Positions 11,521-22,066 of a stretch of DNA of 45,961 nucleotides are shown here, piece by piece. This stretch comes from Octopus bimaculoides (lineage: Eukaryota). A program made the position numbers and the translations under genes. Position 1 is the first letter of the stretch. Each line of letters opens with the position of its first letter. The stretch covers positions 14,029,956 through 14,075,916 of the forward strand of contig NC_069001.1 of assembly GCF_001194135.2 (NCBI RefSeq), in the 5' to 3' direction. The notes under the pieces are model-generated. The model had not been told where the DNA came from, ran no database searches, and saw only the letters and a program-made list of their open reading frames with translations.

Positions 11521-11739
11521 ATGTAGTAAATATTGCTTTTATTTTTGTTGCAAAATTGTGATCTCTGTTAGGGAAGAAGTAGAAATCTGAAGACATTTTT
11601 GAGAAAATCGCAAAAAAATGATCGGTGGAGTGAGCGTGTCCTACATGTTCCTTTGATTCGGTTCTGTTAATACAAAAGAAAAAATGGAATGGCCGTGGCT
11701 GGAATGCCTTAAACCAAAGACCTGCTGCATCGGAGTTAG

Positions 11740-12440
11740 GGTTAGAGACAGAGAGAGAGAGAGATGTGTGGTAGAGTAGCAGAGGAAGCATGAGAGAGAA
11801 TGAAGTAAGAGATAGGTGCGGGGGGAGAGAAAACTAGAGATAGAAAGGAAAAATGCAAGGAGAGAGAAGGAAAAGTGAGAAAGGGAGAGAGAGAGAGAGG
11901 AAAGAGAAAGAAAGAAGGGAGAAAGTGGAATAAATAAAATGAAAGGGAGAAATAAAAAGGAGAAAATGGAAGAGAAAAGTGAGAGAAAAAGAAACGTGGC
12001 GAAGATAGAAAAAAAGCGAGAGGGAGTGAAGGCGAAGGAAATAGAGGAAGCGAGTAATACAAGGGAAATACAGAAAGCGGGAGAGAGGAAGCGAGAAAAA
12101 GGAAAAAAAATGAAAGCAAGTTAGAGAGAGAGAGAAAGAGGATGAGGCGAAAAATACAAAGGTAAGATAGGAAACAGAAAAAAAGAGAGGGAGAAATAAC
12201 ACAAAGGAAAATTGGGGAGTAAAAAATAAAAAGGGATGAGTGACAGAGAGAGGAAGCACAAATAACGAGAGAGAGAAAACAAAGAGACGGAGGGAGAGAG
12301 ATAGAGAGAGAGAGACAAAGACAGAGTGGGAGAGAGAGAGAGACAAAGACAGAGTCAGAGAGAGAGAGATAGAGACAAAGACAGAGAGGGGGGAGTCTGA
12401 CAGAGCACGAACCGATAGTGACGTGGGAGAGCCAAAGAAA
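11740..12440 (+). repeat. ~700-bp polypurine (GA-rich) low-complexity tract
   Basis: Almost exclusively A/G on the + strand. Confidence 0.9.
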
Positions 12441-13256
12441 AAAAAAAAACTTTGTCTCGTATGTGCACGTGACTATAAACGAGATTTACTCGAGACCTGA
12501 AGTATCATGTCTGATAACGAAGCTGTCGATGCCGGTGGTTCGTAAACATTTTCCTTTTACTATTCTCTCTTAAATTATTATTATGTTTCTGTTTAGCATT
12601 AGTATATATATTGTATATTAAATATTAAACCACGGCGACATAATAAGTCTATGGCTGTTTGTCGCTCTGTACACATATTAACGAAGGACAGCAACAAAGA
12701 GTTTCATGGTCATACTTAGCTTTAAGTATGGTCTTTAATGTTTTAATACTGAAGCTAGAAATAATGCGTTGGCAGAAGAAGAAGAAGAAGAAAGATAAAA
12801 AAGTATAGTTGATCATATGAACCCTAATAATTCACTGGTATATTATTTTATATAAAAATATAAAAGACATCATTGACCTCAACAGGATTCGAACCCAGAA
12901 CTTAAAGGGAGGTAACCGATCAAGCATAACGGACTTGTTCTCCGTTGTCCTCCTAAACCCGAAAAAAATTTTTCTAGCATAGTCAGAAGCCCTGAAATTT
13001 ACAGTAGCGGCTTGGATAGTTGATTAAAACAATTATAGTACTTTATTACTTTTTGTTCGATTCCCCGAGAGATGAAAGTCAGAGCTGACTCGTGTGGGAT
13101 TTGAACTCGGACTTAAGGGACGTAACTAAAAAACAAAACAAAAGCCTTTTGTTTATTGTATGAGTAGAGTCTAGCTATTTTGCAGAATCCACATTTATAT
13201 CCTAAATAGTCAGGATTAACATAATATAATAATAATTATAATTCTTTCTACTAGAG

Positions 13257-13403
13257 CAGTGGCTCCCAACCTTTTCACTACAAAGGATCCCTTTTATTTA
13301 AATGAATTTTCTCACGGACCCCAGGATATTGAAAAGGTCTTTCAGTTTAACATTTCACAGATCCTCAATACTACCTTTGCAGACCACAAGTTGGGAACCA
13401 CTG
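13257..13403. mobile_element. 147-bp hAT (Charlie-like) MITE
   Basis: TIRs CAGTGGCTCCCAAC / GTTGGGAACCACTG; 8-bp TSD TACTAGAG (13249-13256) / TACTAGAA (13404-13411). Confidence 0.85.
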
Positions 13404-13606
13404 TACTAGAAGCACAAGCCCTGAGATTTTGTGGGACGAGGGTGGGGGAGGGGTTGTCGATTTCACCGACCCCTGCACTCAACTGGTATTTGTTTTATCG
13501 ACCCTGAAATGATGAAAGGCAAAGTCAACATCGGCGGAAATTGTACGCAAAAAAAACGTAAAGACGAACGAAATACTGCTAAGCATTTTGTCTGACGTTA
13601 ACGATT

Positions 13607-13830
13607 CTTATTTCTTTATTGCCTACAAGGGGCTAAACATAGAGGGGACAAACAAAGGAATTAAATCGATTACATCGACCCCAATGCGTAACTGGTACTT
13701 TATTTATCGACCCTGAAAGGATGAAAGGCAAAGTCGACCTCGGCGGAATTTGAACTCAGAACGTAACGGCAGACGAAATACCTCTTAGTATTTCGCCTGG
13801 CGTTCTAACGGTTCTGCCAACTCACCACAT
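13607..13830 (-). mobile_element. tRNA-derived SINE (family B)
   Basis: Reverse complement of the 21806-22020 copy. Other family B pieces at ~5300-5435, 6715-6840, 8570-8642, 9335-9410, 13040-13140, 13410-13600, 35340-35540, 40790-40985. Confidence 0.8.
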
Positions 13831-15668
13831 TAATATCCTCGAAAACCATCTGGTTTTAGTGGTTTTCACAGAAACTCGCTATGTCGCTAGTATCGATGAC
13901 AATAATAATAATAAAGATCAACCCTTATTGATTTCTGATTAAAACAGAGAAGGGTTAATCGATTATGTCGATCGATGCCCCAGCACTTGACGACTGTCAC
14001 TTTATTTTATCGAACCTCGGACGGATGCCTGAAAGGCTAAGTTGAGGTCAGCGTGATTTGAACATAAAGAGCCGGTAAAAAGATACCGCAAAGCATTTTT
14101 TCCCCAAAGCTCTAATGATTCGACCGGCTCATTCCTCGAATTCTGTACATAAGGTTTCGAACCCCCTATGGTGATCTTTCATTCTGAAGATGCTTCTAAA
14201 ATTCTTTTCACGTTTAGGGATGATGGAAGTCAGTACTTCACTGGGGCTTCATTTCATCGATCCCTTTACAAGTTACATGCACGTTTCCTTGGTGTTAACC
14301 ACCTCCAAATTATGTACATCTTTCTAACATGTTTTTATTGATGACACGAAACCTCCACAATTGTTGATAAAAAATAATAATAATAATCGTAGAAATGTGA
14401 GTTGACATCAGTAAATTACTGGATAGTTTTTTTGTATATCGACACTTCGAAGGTACGAAAAATAAGAGAGGACCGATCAATCATTGAATGAGGCTGTGGG
14501 TTCAGAATGGAGAATGACGCAACGAGTAATTATGACTGTCATGCGTACACATATGCTCACCTTACACACACATACTGACTTACATAACGAGACTAATTAC
14601 ATATTTATGTAACTTCGTTGGTGTGTGTGCAGATAAATATATAATCCCCGGTGTATTAATAGAAGAAAGACAGAAGATTAAAAAGGCAATGAAACTACGA
14701 ATGTACTTTACACTGCCTGTTGTGTTGTATAATTTCTTAATAACCAGCTCCCAGACGGTCTCATCCATGGACAACATTAAGCATAGCAATTATAATTTTA
14801 AAACGGAAGGAAGCAAGCTGGACATGGAACTGTTAGTAAATTCCTGATAACTTACACTAGTCTACGTAGAAGGTTAAGAGAAAAGGGAGCAGATATTTAT
14901 TAAATATGTAATAATATTCAGACAACACTAGCCCATTCATCATATGCAGTAGCTGTTTTTTAGTTAGATATACTCTAAAAATAGCTGTACAATTTCAGTG
15001 TTGTGATAAAGAACGTTCTAGACAGTGTTTTAATTATCTTAAAAGACATATGTAGACAATTAGTGGGCATTGTCGGTTTGGTACCGGAAGACATTATAAG
15101 GGACATAACTATTGCATAGAAGAGTTTTTTTTATAACAATTGGTAACTTACATACATATATATGTATAAATAATATATGAGTATATGCATATATGTGTAC
15201 ATGTATGTACATACCTTCATGTGCATATAGATGCATATCTGGGTACATGACGTTGCAAAAAAACATGGACAAAATGATAGACAAGGTACAGAAAACACAC
15301 AGGCCACATAGAGAACATTTCCTTCATCAGCTATATATATATATATATATATATATATATNNNNNNNNNNNNNNNNNNNNNNNNNNNNNNNNNNNNNNNN
15401 NNNNNNNNNNNNNNNNNNNNNNNNNNNNNNNNNNNNNNNNNNNNNNNNNNNNNNNNNNATACCATACCCTACCTGTCATGGCTGTGTTTTCCCTCTGGAT
15501 ATCAACTATAAAAGTTCAAGCAAAACACTTACTGTGTCAATATCACCCACCAATGAAGATCTATAAAATCTGTGAGCATGCTTTCCCTTTTTTCGATCAG
15601 AATATCGAAAATTAGCCCCCAAACTCTGTCATTCTGCCCAGCTACAGCTTCGTTAGTTGAATTGTATT

Positions 15669-15716
15669 TTGTGTCAATAAAATTGACCACTCTAGTGGTC
15701 AATTTTATTGACACAA
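15669..15716. repeat. Perfect inverted repeat, 22-bp arms, 4-nt loop
   Basis: ttgtgtcaataaaattgaccac-tcta-gtggtcaattttattgacacaa. Confidence 0.95.
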
Positions 15717-16310
15717 GAGTGGAGAGACAAGCCAAGTTGACCCTTGCTGTGTATGAACTGGAGAGCTGGGGGGTTTGACTGACTGAATCCACCCCTGATT
15801 CTATGCCACAAACTTTCTGTTTAAAAGTGATCAAAATTTCATGTTAATTTATATCCCAATTAACTAAATTCTTCTAGTCTAACAAAAACATAGTAAGAAA
15901 AGGATTCATGTGTTAGATTATCTTTATGATAAAGAAAACCCTTGGTCACTTTCAGACTACTGTATATATTATAAGATGTGATTATATAGTTATATGCTAT
16001 ATAATGTGTGTACATATGGTGTGTGTTGTTTTTTTTTTCTTTTTTGTATACTATATATATGTGTGTGTTTTATATAAATTCATATAAAATATATTTGAGG
16101 CATATTCATCTATAACAGGGAAATGTATTTGTGATAAATTGATCCATGAAATTAAGCTCTTATGTCTTAGGTTTACACACACATGTATACATACATGTGT
16201 AAATATAATATATATACATGAGCTATAATGTACATTTATATATACATTTTACCTTATTTATATACAGATGCATTTGTGTGCAAGTGTGTATATATGTCTA
16301 TCTGCTTGCT

Positions 16311-16351
<41 letters not shown>

Positions 16352-17934
16352 TCTCTGAGTGGTTGGCGTTAGGAAGGGCATCCAGCTGTAGAAACTCTGC
16401 CAAATTAGATTGGAGCCTGGTGTTGCCATCCGGTTTCACCAGTCCTCAGTCAAATCGTCCAACCCATGCTAGCATGGAAAGCGGACGTTAAACGATGATG
16501 ATGATGATGATGATATATATATTTGCATGCATGTGTGTGTCTGTGTGTATGTATNNNNNNNNNNNNNNNNNNNNNNNNNNNNNNNNNNNNNNNNNNNNNN
16601 NNNNNNNNNNNNNNNNNNNNNNNNNTATATATATATATATATATATATATCTGCATGCATGTGTGTGTATGTATACATATATATATATATAGATATATAG
16701 ATATATATTTAGTCAACTCTGTTTTTGTGAGTTTCCTCATTGATTCAAAACTGTCGCTTGATTCTGCTGCTGTTTTGTGGGGGCAGGAATGTTCTCTGGT
16801 TCTGTAGTTATATAGTAAAGGAAAAATGCTGTAAAAACACAGAATTGGGAGAACACTATGTAGCAATGAAATTAAGCTTCAACTTCAAATCATTGAATAA
16901 CTCAACTATAGCTATAGGTATTGAGTACTTTATTTTTGTAAATCCAAAAATGTATGCATGTATATACAAGTATAGCTCTGTGCATATATATATATGTATG
17001 TGTTTTTGTATCTTATATATGAAATGTATTTTTCTGTTTTTATTGCATTGTAACTCTTACTATTTTTTGCTCCTGTCGATGGCCACTGTCTCAGAACTTT
17101 AATAACTGTTTTCTTCATGTAATTGCTTCACTAAATTTGTCTTTTAATTCTCTCATCTCAACATTTATGCATCACACACACACACACACACACACAAACA
17201 CTCACCTACACTCACACAAGCATATACGAACTCATGAAAATATTCTACAGATGGATGCAGATGTGGGCATGTGGTCAAGAGGTTTTTCTTTGCAACTGCA
17301 TGGGTCCGCATTCAATCCCATTGTCTGGCACCTTGGACAAATGCTTTTCTTCCATAGCCTTGTGTGAACCCAATTTTTGTATAAACGGCTTCAAAGGATC
17401 AAGGCACTTTCCAAGGCATAGGCTCATAAGGCTGGTTTCCCAGATTCTTTGGCATATATATTCCCCCTGGATGGGACACCAGTCCATCGTGGGATGTTAA
17501 TGACTTAAGATCAGGGCTGGCACCACTAGGAAGCGTGGGACCCAATTAGAGAATTGTCTGTGGGACTCTCTACTCCCAAAAGCTGAAGATTGATCTTTTA
17601 TGCTTCACGTAATACTCCAGCCCCAACCAAGAAGCATTGAGGGCTTGAAGTTCCACCATTAGCCACAATGATATACTAAAATTCTTCATAGCATTCAAGC
17701 ATGTGCACTTGGGCCCTCTCTTGGTGTAGCGCCCAGATTAAACAAATATGTCTAATTGGCTTAAAACTGGCCTGCTTGACTGAGTTTTCATTTCTCAGCT
17801 TTTCTCCCACCCCATCCCCACCTGTCCCTCACCCCCTACAAAGGTTCTTGATGCTGTCCTTCCTCTTTCCACTAAGTTATGATTTTATAAGCTTAATAAT
17901 ATCATTTAACTTCCCATATAACACACTTCCAAAT

Positions 17935-18163
17935 TTAACCTGTTAGCTTTCAGATTATTATGTCTGATGTAATGCTTATCTATTCACATTTGTTTTGAAT
18001 TAATCATGCATTATCTCATAGCTTTGGGATTTCAATGACATGATTATTTATTTTTAGAATGGCATTGTAAGGTAGGTGTGAGAGGCCAGATCTGGCTTGT
18101 TTGAGTTTAAAAGATACAGAATATTTTGGCCTGAGGTGGCCAGTTTAAATGCTAAAAGGTTAA
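17935..18163. mobile_element. TTAA-flanked piggyBac-like MITE (~230 bp)
   Basis: Ends ttaacc...tagc / gctaaaaggttaa. Related copies at 20125-20754 (split by a SINE), 24788-25283 (split by a LINE) and ~29800-30030 (reverse). Confidence 0.65.
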
Positions 18164-18194
18164 ATGTAATTATAATAATTATACATATATATAC

Positions 18195-18490
18195 CGCCTG
18201 ACTGGCCTTGTAGGGTTTTCAAGCGAGATCGTTGCCAGTGCCCCTGGACTGGCTCTTGTGCGGGTGGCACATAAAAGACACCATTTCGAGCGTGGCCGTT
18301 TTCGTGCGGGTGACATGTAAAAGCACCCACTACACTCCCTGAGTGGTTGGCGTTAGGAAGGGCATCCAGCTGTAGAAACTCTGCCAAATTAGATTGGAGC
18401 CTGGGGTTGCCATCCGGTTTCACCAGTCCTCAGTCAAATCGTCCAACCCATGCCAGCATGGAAGGCGGACGTTAAACGATGATGATGATA
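18195..18490 (+). mobile_element. RTE-type LINE 3' end or RTE-derived SINE with (GAT)n tail
   Basis: Conserved end ...catggaaagcggacgttaaacgatgatgat. Copies at ~16351-16510(+), 21050-21418(+), 25950-26240(+), 27058-27470(-), 30200-30340(+), 32765-33260(+), 33605-33746(+), 35695-35960(-), 37930-38270(-). Confidence 0.75.
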
Positions 18491-19842
18491 ATTATTTTTG
18501 TGTATCAAAGGGCATTATGTTGGAATTGGGGTGGCGGGGACAAGTCCTTCTCATTCAAATTTATAGCAGATTGTATCTTATCATGATACATGTATACAGC
18601 CAATTAGACTGTTCATAGAACTCAGATGCAATGGGTCAGCGATGCTTTCTGCTGATTTCTGTACTTGTTTACAAAGAGACGGACTAGGAACTATTGAGAG
18701 TTAAGCACAGCTTACAGGGAAACTGCTGCAGGGTGCACCACCTCATGGTTCTCATTTACAGTTAAATGATTCGAACCATTAACTTTTAAATCAACAATAT
18801 ACGTAGATATCACATATGCCCCTCTTGCTACTGATATGACTGTATCAATAGTGAGATATGATTGTAAAGAAAATAAATCGCATTCTTTCCACTTAGTCCC
18901 AAACTTGTCCATCTCACTACTGGTGTGGGATTATATCACTTGTAGATGTGTCTATAAAAAGGCAAAAAAAAAAAAGAAACTATTTTCTTTTTCTTTTATT
19001 CTTTTATTTGTTTCAGTCATTTGACTGCGGCCATGCTGGAGCACCACCTTTAGTCGAGCAAATCAACCCCGGGACTTATTCTTTGGAAGCCTAGTACTTA
19101 TTCTATCGGTCTCTTTTGCCGAACCGCTAAGTGACGGGGATGTAAGCACACCAGCATCGGTTGTCAAGCAATGCTAGGGGTCAAACACAGACACACAAAC
19201 ATATACACACACACATACATACATATATATACATATATATATGACGGGCTTCTTTCAGTTTCCGTCTACCAAATCCACTCACAAGGCTTTGGTCGGCCCG
19301 AGGCTATAGTAGAAGACACTTGCCCAAGGTGCTACGCAGTGGGACTGAACCCGGAACCATGTGGTTGGTAAGCAAGCTACTTACCACACAGCCACTCCTG
19401 CGCCTATATTAAATTCTCCACACTTAGTCCCAAATTTATCCAACTAGCTACACTGGTGTGACTATATCGGTAGTAGATGTGGCTCTAAATAAAACTGGTA
19501 TGATACACACAGACACACACATGCACATACGCCCAATATGTTTGCCGGTCAGTGTTTCCGTCATGCCATTTTAATAATGGTAAGCTAAGAACCTGCTCCT
19601 AATGCCTAAAGTCACCCTGCTATTTCCTATTCTCTTGCAATCTGGTGATCAGAAACATTTTCTTTCAAGTGTTGCTTACTCTTCTTTTTATTCTTTACGT
19701 TCCACAGTGGCTGTCATTCGGTGTAATCCATATGACAAGTGTTTCACATTTCCCAGTACTTTCAAATTAACCAGGAACGGCCATCACCTGCGAGGAGGGG
19801 GAGGTGGGAGAAGAAGACACAGTGTCGTTGAGTGGTGCGGCG

Positions 19843-20067
19843 ATGCCAGACGAATGCCGGACAGCAGATAAGCGCAAGGCTGACCCAGCGACGGAAGACG
19901 ACGACGAAGATGACACCAACAACCACGAAGGCAAGCCAGAGTTAAAAAAGAAATTCATCATGTGCCCGTCTCTCCGAAATGAAGAAGCCAAATATATGAT
20001 TAAGTCTGAAGATGAGCTGAAACAGTCTCAGAAATCAGCGCCAATCAAAATGTCACTAAATACACAG
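19843..20067 (+). CDS. PCNP: PCNP coding exon 1 (MPDECRTADKRK...APIKMSLNTQ, 75 codons)
   Basis: ATG at 19843 follows an in-frame TAA (19768-19770). Donor CAG|GTTAGC at 20068, phase 0. Acidic/PEST-like; PIKMSL aligns to the human PCNP AISIKL region. Confidence 0.8.
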
Positions 20068-20442
20068 GTTAGCTTTCTTCTTCCTTCCTTCCTCTTCTTT
20101 CTTTCTTTGACTTGTTCTCCTTCTTTAACCATTTAGCATTCAGATTACTCTTTCAAATGTAATGCTTATTTAGTCATAATTTTAAATTAATCATGAATTA
20201 TCTCATAGCCTTGAGATTTCAATCATATGATTACTCTTTTACTCGTTTACTTGTTTCAGTCATTTGACTGTGGCCATGCTGGAGCACCGCCTTTAGTTGA
20301 GCAAATCGACCCCAGGACTTATTCTTTGGAAGCCTAGTACTTATTCTATTGGTCTCCTTTTGCCGGACCGCTATGTTACGGGGACGTAAACACACCAGCA
20401 TTGGTTGTCAAGCGATGTTGGGGGGGACAAACACACAAATAT

Positions 20443-20475
<33 letters not shown>

Positions 20476-20790
20476 CGACGGGCTTCTTTCAGTTTTCCGT
20501 CCACCAAATCCACTCACAAGGCTTTGGTCGGCCCGAGGCTATAGTAGAAGACACTTGCCCAAGGTGCCATGCAGTGGGAATGAACCCGGAACCATGTGGT
20601 TGGTAAGCAAGCTACTTACCACACAGCCACTCCTGCGCCTATTTTTAGAATAAAAATGTAGGGTAGGTTTGAGAAGCCGGTTCTGGTCAGTTTGAACCTA
20701 AAGCAGATAGAATATTTGGGCTGGATATGGCCACTTTGATTACTAAAGGATTAATGCACAGTTTAGCTTTCTGTACTTCATCTTTAACCC

Positions 20791-20930
20791 ATTTGATATC
20801 AAACCGCCTGAAACTGCCCATGGATCTGTGATGCAAATTTGACATCAAACCGCCTGAAACTGCCCATGGATCTGTGATGCAAATTTGATATCAAACCGCT
20901 TGAAACTGCCCATGGATCTGTGATGCAAAT
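20791..20930. repeat. Three tandem copies of a 46-bp unit at the end of a TTAA-CCC MITE
   Basis: atttgatatcaaaccgcctgaaactgcccatggatctgtgatgcaa starting at 20791, 20837 and 20883. Confidence 0.9.
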
Positions 20931-21598
20931 TCACCGTTTTAAAGTTAATAAAATTATAACCTTCCATCGAAATTGCTTGTAAAATTTTGTTCCAAACACC
21001 CGGCAAAGTTATTTTATTAAATTCTTCATTATTTTCAAAATTAATTGAAACACGAAACTCAGATTGCGAAGACCTGTTGGGGCAAGCGAAAGCGAAATCG
21101 TGATGGCACATGTAAAGACATTCGTGCGAGATCGTTGCCAGTGCCCCTGGACTGGCACTTGTGCGGGTGGCACGTAAAATACACCATTTTGAGCATGGCT
21201 GTTGCTAGTACTGCCTGACTGGCCCTTGTGCCAGTGGCATGTAAAAGCACCCACTACACTCTCAGAGTGGTTGGCGTTAGGAAGGGCATCCAGCTGTAGA
21301 AACTCCGCCAGATCAGATTGGAGCCTGGTGTAGCCATCTGGTTCGCCAGTCCTCATTCAAATCGTCCAACCCATAATAGCATGGAAAGCGGACGTTAAAC
21401 GATGATGATGATGATGAAAAGCAGTGTATTTCAACAGATATATGGTAATAGAAAGGTTAATGTACTGATTAGCTTTGTTCTTTGTCTTGTTTCTTCCTCT
21501 TTGACTCCTTTTTTCTTCATCTTCTGCCCTCTTTATCTCCTTCCTTCGTCCCGATTTCCTTCATTTCTACATTAAACTATTTCTTTCTTTAATTTCAG

Positions 21599-21673
21599 AA
21601 AAAGTCTGAGATAAAAGCACCAGTCATCAGGAAAAGTGCAGCTGTTGCTAAAGCATTTAACCCCGATGAAGAG
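21599..21673 (+). CDS. PCNP: PCNP coding exon 2 (KKSEIKAPVIRKSAAVAKAFNPDEE)
   Basis: Acceptor tttcag|, donor GAG|GTGGGT, 75 nt, phase 0/0. Matches PCNP VAAAFNEDED. Confidence 0.9.
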
Positions 21674-21805
21674 GTGGGTAACAAACCCTTATACATAAGC
21701 AATATTTGGGGTGGAGAGGTGACTTTTTTCACTTTGTAACTGACACACCAACATTTGGGGAGTATGATGCTGTAACTTCTTTTGACCCTGAAGAAGAGGG
21801 CAGTA

Positions 21806-22020
21806 CGCTGGCAGAAACGTTAGCACACCGGGCGAAATGCTTAGCGGTATTTCGTCTGCTGTTACGTTCTGAGTTCAAATTCCGCCGAGGTCGACTTTGC
21901 CTTTCATCCTTTCGAGGTCGATAAATTAAGTACCAGTTATGCACAGGGGTCGATGTAATCGTCTTAACCCCTTTGTTTGTCCCCCTCTATGTTTAGCCCC
22001 TTGTGGGCAATAAAGAAATT
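21806..22020 (+). mobile_element. Family B SINE with 13-bp target-site duplication
   Basis: TSD GAAGAGGGCAGTA at 21793-21805 and 22021-22033. Confidence 0.9.
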
Positions 22021-22066
22021 GAAGAGGGCAGTAACAAACCCTTATATAGGCAGTACTTGACATTTA

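Noticed and set aside
11742-12500. Leu/Ser/Phe-rich and Glu/Arg/Lys-rich ORFs
   Set aside because: Translations of the polypurine tract.
14623-14847. 74-aa ORF MCADKYIIPG... and possible donor aag|gttaag near 14872
   Set aside because: No recognisable homology; may be part of a PCNP first exon but cannot be supported from sequence alone.
19804-19842. N-terminal extension of PCNP from GTG at 19804
   Set aside because: Non-ATG start from the ORF caller; ATG 19843 is the first in-frame Met after TAA 19768-19770.
20791-20930. Possible CRISPR-like array (46-bp repeats)
   Set aside because: Repeats are contiguous with no spacers; eukaryotic context.
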